Below, one piece after another: positions 1 to 8,428 of a DNA stretch of 64,000 bases. The notes beneath the pieces were generated by a model. That model was not told where the DNA came from and ran no database searches. It saw only the letters and a program-made list of their open reading frames with translations. The DNA lies in NCBI GenBank assembly GCA_965263035.1, contig OZ253580.1:2624001-2688000 (forward strand), read 5' to 3'. A program made the translations under genes and the position numbers. The stretch is from Acidobacteriota bacterium (GTDB lineage: Bacteria > Acidobacteriota > UBA6911 > RPQK01 > JAJDTT01). Within the stretch, counting starts at the first letter, position 1; the number at the start of each line of letters is the position of its first letter.

Positions 1-502
1 CATGGTGCGCCAGCACCAGCAGGTCTTGGAGTGGCTCGCTACGCTTCCCTTCGTCGACGCCGGCCGGATCGGCTTCTACGGGCTTTCCTACGGTGGAAAA
101 TCGGCCATGCTGATCCCGGCGGTGCTGGAGAAATATGCGCTTTCGATCTGTTCCGGCGACTTCAATGAGGAGGTCTGGAAGCATGTGAGCATCGACGTCC
201 CCTACAGCTTCATGTTGACCAGGGAGCACGAGCACAGCGAGTTCGACTTCGGCGAGAAGTTCAATTACGCCGAGATCGCCGGCTTGATCGCACCCCGGCC
301 CTTCATGGTCGAGCGGGGACATCGAGACGGCGTCGGGGAGGACGAATGGGTGGCCTTCGAGTACGCCAAGGTGCGGCGCCTCTACGTGGGTCTGGGAATC
401 GGGGACCGGACGCGAATCGAGTACTTCGACGGAGCCCACGAGATCCACGGCAAGGGCACCTTCGAGTTCCTCCACCAGCATCTGGACTGGCCACGGCGTT
501 GA
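1..502 (+). CDS. alpha/beta hydrolase (dienelactone hydrolase-like), 5'-truncated by window edge
   Basis: Nucleophile elbow GLSYGG, later Asp (HRDG) and His (GAHEI). Confidence 0.7.
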   Translation, partial: MVRQHQQVLEWLATLPFVDAGRIGFYGLSYGGKSAMLIPAVLEKYALSICSGDFNEEVWKHVSIDVPYSFMLTREHEHSEFDFGEKFNYAEIAGLIAPRPFMVERGHRDGVGEDEWVAFEYAKVRRLYVGLGIGDRTRIEYFDGAHEIHGKGTFEFLHQHLDWPRR

Positions 503-558
503 TTTCCGGTAACCGCTTCCCGCCGTGGCAATTTCCCGACATAATGCCTTCAAGTTCC

Positions 559-1044
559 ATGCTGCCTCGACCTTCGCCGCAATTGCTCGTCATCCTGGGC
601 TGCCTCCTGATTCCGGCATCGTGCGGGACGTCGCCCCAAGCGCCGAGGTCCGACGGCGGCGAGACGATGCCGGAACCGTCGATAGCGGCGGGAACGATGT
701 TTCGGGCCTTCCATCACATCGGGCTACCCACCGAAGATCCCCAGGCGGACGAGGCCTATGTGGAAGAGACCAAGGTGTGGGTGACCGACCCGGCCGATCA
801 TCCCTGCCGCGTCGAGTTTCTGCGTTACGAGGAGGACTCTCCCGTCACCGGCCCCTTGCGCGAGAAGCCTCACGTCGCCTATCGGGTCGAGGAGCTCAAG
901 ACGGCGCTGGAGGGCAAGGAACTGCTTCTGGAGCCCTTCATCCCCATGCCCGGCCTCAGCGTCGCCTTCTTCGAGGAGGACGGCGTGGTGATCGAGTACA
1001 TGCAGTTCGAAGGGGGCGCGACGGAGTTCGACGACCTGAAATGA
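559..1044 (+). CDS. VOC/glyoxalase-like protein with possible lipoprotein signal
   Basis: FHHIG...HVAYRV...IEY pattern; hydrophobic N-terminus ending LIPASC; start moved to ATG 559 and uncertain. Confidence 0.55.
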   Translation: MLPRPSPQLLVILGCLLIPASCGTSPQAPRSDGGETMPEPSIAAGTMFRAFHHIGLPTEDPQADEAYVEETKVWVTDPADHPCRVEFLRYEEDSPVTGPLREKPHVAYRVEELKTALEGKELLLEPFIPMPGLSVAFFEEDGVVIEYMQFEGGATEFDDLK

Positions 1045-1056
1045 GGTCCGGCCAAA

Positions 1057-1992
1057 TCAGGAGAACAGGCTCTCCAGCGTGACCTCCCGCTGTTCGGCAA
1101 GCGAGCGCCTGCCCGCCTCCAGCGCCGCGATGACTTCGACTTCCTCTTCGATGGGGACCGATTCCTCACCCGTCCGGACGTAGTCCAGGACCGCTTTCAG
1201 CAGGTACCAGTAGAGGTCGCTCAGATCGGGCCTCAACGTCCGCCAATCCTGCTTGCCGAAGAGGCTGATCTGATACCCGGAACGCATCCACTCCCGTTCC
1301 CCCACCATCAACACCACGTCGCGATGATCCGCGAACCGGATCCGAACCACGTTGAGGCCGGGCTGGCCCACGTTGACGGCCGAGACGGCGCCGCCTCCGA
1401 GCACGGCATAGACCATGGAAAGGGCGTGGATACCGTAGTAGATCAGCTCGTTTCCGCAGACGGCTTGGGCCAGGTAGACGGGGCCCAATTCGGGTAGCTG
1501 TGTCCTCAACCGCAGGATATCCGGAACGAACCTCAGCGAACTGGCCGACATGAACGGGGTCCCGGTCTCAAGGGCCAGGTCCGCCACCGCCTTGGCCCCG
1601 CAGGCGGTCATCGCCAGCGGCTTGTCGCAAAACGTGGGGACCCCGGTTCTCAAGGGATGGATCGCGTACTTGGAATGCTCGCCCGATCCGTCGTCGACGA
1701 GGATCGCCAAATCGACCCCTTCGGAGCATTCTTCCGGTGTCCGGCAGACGGTGGGAATGCCGCAGGCGGCGGCCAGACGCCGGGCCCACACCGGCTCCTG
1801 GTCCCACACCTTGACGACCCGGGCGCCCCCGATCCGTTTTTGGGCCCGGACGAAGGTCCAGTCGTATTTCCGCACTTCCGATTCATCGAAGCCGTTGAAG
1901 GTGGACGCGAAGGCGGTCCCGTGATGCGAACCGGGCCGCCGGGGTTCCTTCCGGTAGCGGTAGGTGGCCGCCGAGATGAGACCGATGCGCAC
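1057..1992 (-). CDS. Gfo/Idh/MocA family oxidoreductase
   Basis: VRIGLI start (GTG after GGGAG), FCDKPLA motif; ORF-track extension to 2100 runs into a MITE. Confidence 0.8.
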   Translation of the reverse strand: MRIGLISAATYRYRKEPRRPGSHHGTAFASTFNGFDESEVRKYDWTFVRAQKRIGGARVVKVWDQEPVWARRLAAACGIPTVCRTPEECSEGVDLAILVDDGSGEHSKYAIHPLRTGVPTFCDKPLAMTACGAKAVADLALETGTPFMSASSLRFVPDILRLRTQLPELGPVYLAQAVCGNELIYYGIHALSMVYAVLGGGAVSAVNVGQPGLNVVRIRFADHRDVVLMVGEREWMRSGYQISLFGKQDWRTLRPDLSDLYWYLLKAVLDYVRTGEESVPIEEEVEVIAALEAGRRSLAEQREVTLESLFS

Positions 1993-2026
1993 GTTTCGCT
2001 CCCTTCGTGCCGAGGGGCCGGCTTGA

Positions 2027-2185
2027 CAGCCCGTGGTAAAAGTCGTCACGGCATTCAACCGTCCCTGCATCGTGCGCGGACTGCGTTGCTCCCCGGTCAC
2101 ATACTCCCGGTATGCTCCCTCAGAGCGCCTGGTCCGGCGGGCGCAGGAACGGTCTCGGTGCTCGCGGGACTTTCACCACGGACTG
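2027..2185 (+). mobile_element. MITE family A copy 1 (159 bp)
   Basis: TIRs CAGCCCGTGGTAAAAGTC / GACTTTCACCACGGACTG; perfect TTGA direct repeats at 2023-2026 and 2186-2189. Confidence 0.85.
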
Positions 2186-2295
2186 TTGACGCGCCGTGAC
2201 CCGGCAAACTAACCTGCCACAACACTATAGACACGGAGATCCGAAGAATCTCCCCCGCCAGCCGGAACTCGGCGCATCCTTCCGGGAGCAGGAAA

Positions 2296-3333
2296 ATGGA
2301 CAAGACGAGATACGGAGTCATCGGGCTGGGCTGGTTCGGAGAGAAGCACCTGGAAGCGCTCGCCGGCAACCCGGGAGTCGAAATCCACGCCCTGTGCACC
2401 CGGACCCCGGAACGACTGGCCCAGGTCGCCGAACGTTTCCAGGTCCGGAAGACCTACACCGACTATCGGGAAATGCTGGAGGATCCGGGGCTGGACAGCG
2501 TCAGCATCACCACCATGTGGGACCAGCACCGCGACCCCACTCTGGCGGCGCTCGAGGCCGGGAAGCACGTCTTTCTGGAGAAGCCCATGGCTTCCACCGT
2601 CGAAGACTGCCAGGCCATCGTGGATGCGGCGGCGGTTTCGTCCGCCAAGTTCATGGTGGGTCACATCTGCCGCTTCAACCCCCGCTACGCCGCGGCCAAA
2701 CAGGCGGTGGACGAAGGCAGGCTGGGCCGGATCGTGGCGCTCTACGCCCGCCGCAACCTCCCGGCCCGGGTCGGATCCCAGGTGCTGGACAAGATCGGCC
2801 CCATCATTGGGGACGGGGTCCACGACACCGACCTCATGCTCTGGTTCACCGGCTCCAGGATCATCAGCGCCTACGGCCAGACGGTCGCGGTCCACGGGCA
2901 CAGGTACCCCGACGCGGGCCACGCCATGTACCGGTTCGACAATGGAGCCACCGGGGTGATCGAAGACATCTGGTGCCTGCCGGAGAAGACCCCCTTCCAG
3001 ATCGACGAGCGCATGGAGATCATCGGCACCGAGGGTTCGATTCAGGTCCACGACACGCATCCGAATCTGACCATTGTCGACCGGGAGGGAGTCCGCTGTC
3101 CCGACACGACCTACTGGCCGAATATCCACGGGGCCTGTACGGGAGCGCTCCGGGAAGAGTTGAACTATTTCGTGCGCAGCGTTGTCGACGACACCCCCAT
3201 CGACGTGATCACGCCCCGAGAGTCGCTGGAGGCGGTCCGCGCCTGTCTGGCGGCGGAGGAGTCCGCCAGGACCGGACAGGTCGTCCACCTGGACCAGCCT
3301 GAAATTTCATCGTGCGGCGACTTCGACTTCTGA
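2296..3333 (+). CDS. Gfo/Idh/MocA family oxidoreductase
   Basis: GVIGLGWFG Rossmann motif, HVFLEKPMA, DGVHDTD. Confidence 0.9.
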   Translation: MDKTRYGVIGLGWFGEKHLEALAGNPGVEIHALCTRTPERLAQVAERFQVRKTYTDYREMLEDPGLDSVSITTMWDQHRDPTLAALEAGKHVFLEKPMASTVEDCQAIVDAAAVSSAKFMVGHICRFNPRYAAAKQAVDEGRLGRIVALYARRNLPARVGSQVLDKIGPIIGDGVHDTDLMLWFTGSRIISAYGQTVAVHGHRYPDAGHAMYRFDNGATGVIEDIWCLPEKTPFQIDERMEIIGTEGSIQVHDTHPNLTIVDREGVRCPDTTYWPNIHGACTGALREELNYFVRSVVDDTPIDVITPRESLEAVRACLAAEESARTGQVVHLDQPEISSCGDFDF

Positions 3334-3352
3334 ACCCGGGGGACTGGACATC

Positions 3353-6300
3353 ATGACGAAATCCCGCATCGGATGGATCGCCGTCCTGTTTTCCTGCCTG
3401 TGTCAGACCAGCGCCGTGGACTGGGTGAAGGTGCCGGTGCCGGGCCGGCACGACTTCACGGGCCATGGCTGGTATCGAACCTGGTTCAAACCGCCCCAAC
3501 GATTCTTTGCCAAACACGAAAGGGACCTGTGGGGCGAATCGGTGATCTTCAATATCCAGGGTCTGGCCGGCGCCCATGAAGTCTACGTCAACGGGAAACG
3601 GATTGGCGGCGGCGGAACCTTTCCACCCGACTTCGAGGACGGACGGAAGGGCAATCACCAACACAAGGTTCCGTCCGGCAGCCTGGTGCCCGAGGCCTGG
3701 AACCAGCTCGCGGTCCGAGTCTACGCCCCCGACGGCCGAGGCGGCTTTCTGGGCGAGGCTCCCTTCCTCATGAACTACTTTCTGGAGTGCGTGTTCGACG
3801 GTCCATGGGACTTCCGTCCGGGGGACGTTCCCGTCTCCTTCGACGGCATACTCGACCGGCGGCCTTCACGCTCGGCCTTCGACCAATTTCGCGAGTCCAA
3901 CCGCGTGCTGGCGGAGGCGGAACGGTTCGTGCACGGCCACAAGCTGCCGCCCCTGGATTCTTTTCGGAAGATGAAGGCGGCGGACGATCTCGTGGTGGAA
4001 CTGATGCTGGCGGAACCGCTGGTGGCGCAGCCGACCCACTTCAGCTTCGATTCCCGCGGCCGCCTCTGGGTCTCTCAATTCCGGCAGTATCCGTTTCCCG
4101 CCGGACTGAAGATGATCAGCCGGGACCGCTACTACCGCTCGCATTACGACGAGGTGCCGGCGGCGCCCCCGCATCACGACCGCGGACGCGATCTGATCTC
4201 CATCCACGAGGACACCACGGGCGACGGCAGGTACGACCGCCACAAGGTCTTTCAGGACGGCTTGAACATGGCCAACGCGGCCCTGCGCGGCCGCGGCGGG
4301 GTGTGGGTGATGCACACCCCGTACCTGCTCTTCTATCCCGACCGGGACTTCGACGACGTCCCGGACGGGCCGCCGGCGGTCCACCTCCAGGGATTCGGCC
4401 TGGAGGACTCCCACGCCATCGCCAACGGACTGGCCTGGGGAATGGACGGTTGGCTCTATGGGACCCAAGGCAGCACCACGGCCTGCCACGTGACCCGTCC
4501 CGGAATCGATCCGCCGGATGCTCCCGCGGTCTACTACCAGGGCTGCATGGTCTGGCGCTATCACCCCGAGACCCGGCGCTTCGAACTCTTCTCCCAGGGC
4601 GGAGGCAACAATTTCGGCCTGGAGGTGGACGGTGCCGGCCGGCTCTTCACCGGGCACAACGGCGGCCAGACCCGCGGCTGGCACTTCCTGCAGGGCAGCA
4701 TGCACCTGATGCAGGGCACGACGCCCAACAAGTTCGGTCCGCCCCGGAATCCCTTCAGCTTCGGGGACCTGCCCAAAATGGTCAGCGAGCAGGACATCCG
4801 GCGGTTCACCCACTTCGGCGCCGTGGTGGAGGCCACGGCCATTCCCGGGAGGTATCAGGACTCGTTCTTCAGCGTGGACCCGCTTCACAACTTCGTCATC
4901 GCCAGCAGGCGAATCCGCGCGGGCGCCACCTTCAGGACCAGCGATCTGGGCAAGGTGCTGACCTCCGGCGACTTCGCCTTCCGCCCCGTGTTCATCGGCA
5001 ACGCCCCCGACGGCTCGGTCCTGATCGGCGACTTCTACAACCACTACATCGCCCACGGTCAGCACTACCAGAGCCAGATCGATCCCGGAACGGGGCGTAT
5101 CTTCCGGCTGCGGGGCAAGCAGGAGCCGCTGGAGCGGGACTTGGACCTGCGTGCCAAGTCCACCGGTCGACTGGTGGATCTGCTGAATCATCCCAACCGC
5201 TGGCACCGGCACACCGCCGTCCGCGTGCTGGGCGAGCGCAAGGACCCCGGTTCGGCCGACCGGTTGCGGCAACTGGTGGGAAGCGGCTCGGACCTCCAGT
5301 CGCTGTCTGCGCTCTGGGCCCTGTATCAGGCCTTCGGGTTGGATCAGGCGACGGCCCTGACCGCCCTGCGCCACCGTTACCCCATGGTCCGCTACTGGGC
5401 CGTCCGGCTGATCTGTGACGATGTCGGCTTCGCCAACCGCCGCTCCACACTGGGACTCGCCGACAGCCTGGGAGAACTGAAGGGCGGGACCACGCGGGTT
5501 CCCGATCGGCTCTTTCGAGCCATCCTGGAAAGCGCGGCCGGCGAGCGGGACGCCGAGGCCCGGTCTCAAATCGCCGCATCGGCCAGGCGACTGCCCGTCG
5601 ATCAGGCCCTCCCTCTGGTGACCGCTCTGCTGCGGCATGACGAGGACGTCGACGATCCGTATCTGCCGCTGCTCTCGTGGTGGGTTCTGGAAACCAATCT
5701 CGATCCCGAGCGGGACGCCGTCATGGAGCTGTTCGAAGATAAGGAGTTCCGGCTCCAACCGATGGTGAGACGGCACATTCTGGAACGGGTGATGCGAGCC
5801 CTGGCCCTGAAGGGCAAGAGCGGTGATCTGGAAGACTGTACGCGACTGCTGGAACTCGCCGTTGATGGAGAGGAGGAAGACTCGTTGCTCAAAGGGTTCG
5901 AGCTGGCTTATGCCGGCCGGCGGATCAGTAGTTTGCCGGATCGCCTGGTGCGGGGTCTGGTCGAGAGCGGCCGTTCCTCCCTGGAGCTGCGGGTGCGGTT
6001 GGGGGACGCCGACGCGTCCCGGGCCGCCGTCGAGCTGCTCCTGAGCCCTGAAGGCTCCCTCGAGGAACGGATCGCGGTGGCACGGACGCTGGGCGAGGTG
6101 AGGTCCGAAGACAGTGTCGAGCCGTTGACCCGGGTCTCGAACGCACCGGAGCCGCCGCTACAGCGGGCGGCCCTCGCGGCCCTCTCCTCCTTCAGCGACC
6201 CCGGCATCGGCCAGCAGGCTCTGGCGCGGTTTTCGGACTATTCGGATCAGGTCAGACCGGCCTTCTTCGACCTGATGCTGAGCCGGCCGGTCTGGACGCG

Positions 6301-6916
6301 GCAGTTGATTCAGGCCGTCTCCACGGGCGGGTTGGCGCCGGAGCTGGTTCCGGACGACGTCGCCGAGCGGCTGAGAGGGGATCAGGACCGGGAGATCGCC
6401 GGTCTGGCCAGGGAACACCTGGGCGGCGGAGAGGACCTGGACCGGGAAGGCGTCCAGCGCCGGATCGCGAGACTCAAGTCGATTCTGGCGGACGGGTCCG
6501 GCAATCCCTACGCCGGCGAGGCCGCCTACACCCGGCGATGCGGCTCCTGCCACAAGCTGTTTCACAAGGGAGGCGGCAGTGGACCCGACCTGACCGCGTA
6601 CCAGCGGGGCGACCTGGGGACGCTGCTCATCAGCATCGTCGATCCCGACGCGGAGATCCGCGAGGGCTTCGAGTACGTCACGCTGGTCACGGGGGAGGGA
6701 CGGACCCTGAGCGGCTTCCTCGCGGATCAGGACCCGCAGGTCGTCGTGTTGCGGGGAATGGCGGGAGAGGACATTCGCGTCGAGCGCCGGCTGGTCGAGT
6801 CGATCGAGCCAATGGGACGCAGCCTCATGCCCGCCAGGCTGCTGGAAGGACTGAACGATCAGGAGCTGCGAGACTTTTTCGCCTATCTGAGAATCTCCCA
6901 ACCCATCAGCCGCTGA
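3353..6916 (+). CDS. PVC-type heme-binding CxxCH membrane-bound dehydrogenase-like protein with N-terminal sugar-binding-like domain
   Basis: Signal peptide; WYR..F/VYVNG beta-sandwich; AEPLVAQP...FDSRGRLWV propeller; HEAT-like repeats; CGSCH and SLMP. Confidence 0.8.
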   Translation: MTKSRIGWIAVLFSCLCQTSAVDWVKVPVPGRHDFTGHGWYRTWFKPPQRFFAKHERDLWGESVIFNIQGLAGAHEVYVNGKRIGGGGTFPPDFEDGRKGNHQHKVPSGSLVPEAWNQLAVRVYAPDGRGGFLGEAPFLMNYFLECVFDGPWDFRPGDVPVSFDGILDRRPSRSAFDQFRESNRVLAEAERFVHGHKLPPLDSFRKMKAADDLVVELMLAEPLVAQPTHFSFDSRGRLWVSQFRQYPFPAGLKMISRDRYYRSHYDEVPAAPPHHDRGRDLISIHEDTTGDGRYDRHKVFQDGLNMANAALRGRGGVWVMHTPYLLFYPDRDFDDVPDGPPAVHLQGFGLEDSHAIANGLAWGMDGWLYGTQGSTTACHVTRPGIDPPDAPAVYYQGCMVWRYHPETRRFELFSQGGGNNFGLEVDGAGRLFTGHNGGQTRGWHFLQGSMHLMQGTTPNKFGPPRNPFSFGDLPKMVSEQDIRRFTHFGAVVEATAIPGRYQDSFFSVDPLHNFVIASRRIRAGATFRTSDLGKVLTSGDFAFRPVFIGNAPDGSVLIGDFYNHYIAHGQHYQSQIDPGTGRIFRLRGKQEPLERDLDLRAKSTGRLVDLLNHPNRWHRHTAVRVLGERKDPGSADRLRQLVGSGSDLQSLSALWALYQAFGLDQATALTALRHRYPMVRYWAVRLICDDVGFANRRSTLGLADSLGELKGGTTRVPDRLFRAILESAAGERDAEARSQIAASARRLPVDQALPLVTALLRHDEDVDDPYLPLLSWWVLETNLDPERDAVMELFEDKEFRLQPMVRRHILERVMRALALKGKSGDLEDCTRLLELAVDGEEEDSLLKGFELAYAGRRISSLPDRLVRGLVESGRSSLELRVRLGDADASRAAVELLLSPEGSLEERIAVARTLGEVRSEDSVEPLTRVSNAPEPPLQRAALAALSSFSDPGIGQQALARFSDYSDQVRPAFFDLMLSRPVWTRQLIQAVSTGGLAPELVPDDVAERLRGDQDREIAGLAREHLGGGEDLDREGVQRRIARLKSILADGSGNPYAGEAAYTRRCGSCHKLFHKGGGSGPDLTAYQRGDLGTLLISIVDPDAEIREGFEYVTLVTGEGRTLSGFLADQDPQVVVLRGMAGEDIRVERRLVESIEPMGRSLMPARLLEGLNDQELRDFFAYLRISQPISR

Positions 6917-6922
6917 CGGTCA

Positions 6923-7016
6923 GGAGGGGCAACTTCCAGTCGCCCATTCCTCCGTTTCCCGTGCGTTTACTTCCCCCTGCTCCGTCGGGAGTTCGGCGGT
7001 TGGAAACCGCCGCTCC
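6923..7016. repeat. Inverted pair of GGAG-type REP-like palindromes between convergent genes
   Basis: GGAG-GGGCAAC-TTCCA-GTCGCCC (6923-6945) and, on the minus strand, GGAG-CGGCGGT-TTCCA-ACCGCC (6995-7016). Confidence 0.6.
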
Positions 7017-7020
7017 CTCC

Positions 7021-8346
7021 CTAAACCTTCTCGGGAATCACCCACGGCTTCCGGTAGCTGCGCTTGAGAAAGGCGTCGGCTTCGGGACAGCCGGTGAAGG
7101 TTTCGGTCTTGGGATCCAGTGCCAGCCGCTGGTTGCCGACCCGGTAGGAGATGTTGGCCAGATGGCACAGCATCACTGACTGATGCCCGGTCTCCGCGGC
7201 GGCGGCGGGCTTGCGGCGGGTCCGGATGCACTCCACGAAATCGTCCTGGTGCTCCCGGTTCCCCTGGCGTCCGTATTCGGACCGCACCAGTTCGCCGTCG
7301 GCGTCGTAGGCCTGCCAGCCGCCGCCGTGGCGGCCGAAAGACATGTATCCGTCGGTGCCCAGGACCTCCACCTTGGTGCTGCTGAAGGGCCAGTCGGGGA
7401 AGCCGTCGGAGTTTCGGACGATCCCGGGCGTCTTCTTCATGTAGGGCGTCCACAGCGTCGCCTGCACGGTCATGGTGAGTCCATCGTATTCGAAGAGGGC
7501 CATCTGGGTATCGGGAGTGTCTCGTCCGTCCCGTAGGGAGTAGATGCCTCCCTGGTGGGAGGTCGTCCCGGGTGCGGGTGGATCGCCGATCAGATAACGG
7601 GCCAGATCCAGCTGGTGGACGAGGTCTCCGGCGATGGGACCGCAGCTGTACTCCCAGTAATTCAACCAGTACAGACCCGGGTTGTACGGCCGCTTGGCCG
7701 CGGGACCACACCAGAGATCCCAATCCAGACCATCGGGCGCCGGCTGGTCGGGCACCGGTTCCCGTTTGGGATGCTGCATCATGTTGTACACCCGGACCAG
7801 ATGCACGTCTCCCAGGTTGCCGGCGCGAATGTATTCCCGGGCCCGATGGACGTAGGGCGCGCTACGCGACTGCATGCCGACCTGGACGACGCGGCCGTAC
7901 TTGCTCTCCGCCTCCACCATCTTCCTCCCCTCCCAGATGGAATGGGCCATGGGCTTTTCCACGAAGACGTCCTTCCCCGCCTGGCAGGCCAGGATGGTGC
8001 CCAGGGCATGCCAGTGATCCGGCGTGGCGTTGACCAGGGCATCCACACGGCCGTCGTCCAGGATCTTCCGGAAGTCCTGCACCAATTTGGGGCGGGAGCG
8101 TTGGGCGGCTTCCACCGCTTTTTTCGCACGGTCGAACCGGCGGGTGTCGACGTCGCAGAGATAGGCGACCTCCACGTCCGAACGTTGGGCGAAGTCTCGG
8201 GCCAGGGAGGTGCCCCTGCCGCCCAGTCCCATGATGCCCACCACGACCCGTTCGTTGGCCCCCCGGACCGAGCCGCGGGACACCATGGCCACGGAGGCGG
8301 CCCCAAGCGAGCCGGTCATGAATTTTCTACGGTCTAGCGAACGCAT
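7021..8346 (-). CDS. Tat-exported Gfo/Idh/MocA oxidoreductase
   Basis: DRRKFM twin-arginine signal, GIMGLGGRG, ATPDHWH, VFVEKP. Confidence 0.9.
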   Translation of the reverse strand: MRSLDRRKFMTGSLGAASVAMVSRGSVRGANERVVVGIMGLGGRGTSLARDFAQRSDVEVAYLCDVDTRRFDRAKKAVEAAQRSRPKLVQDFRKILDDGRVDALVNATPDHWHALGTILACQAGKDVFVEKPMAHSIWEGRKMVEAESKYGRVVQVGMQSRSAPYVHRAREYIRAGNLGDVHLVRVYNMMQHPKREPVPDQPAPDGLDWDLWCGPAAKRPYNPGLYWLNYWEYSCGPIAGDLVHQLDLARYLIGDPPAPGTTSHQGGIYSLRDGRDTPDTQMALFEYDGLTMTVQATLWTPYMKKTPGIVRNSDGFPDWPFSSTKVEVLGTDGYMSFGRHGGGWQAYDADGELVRSEYGRQGNREHQDDFVECIRTRRKPAAAAETGHQSVMLCHLANISYRVGNQRLALDPKTETFTGCPEADAFLKRSYRKPWVIPEKV

Positions 8347-8428
8347 AGGATTCCTCCAATCTTTGCAATGAGCGTGCCGCCGGTCGGGGCGGCCGCCCTC
8401 ACGGACAAAACTTCCGCTCATGGACCCG

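Noticed and set aside
3866-5776. Long antisense and alternate-frame ORFs (here and e.g. 9740-11455, 22251-23768, 51050-52600, 54420-55898)
   Set aside because: Shadows of well-supported genes in GC-rich DNA; no motifs or start signals
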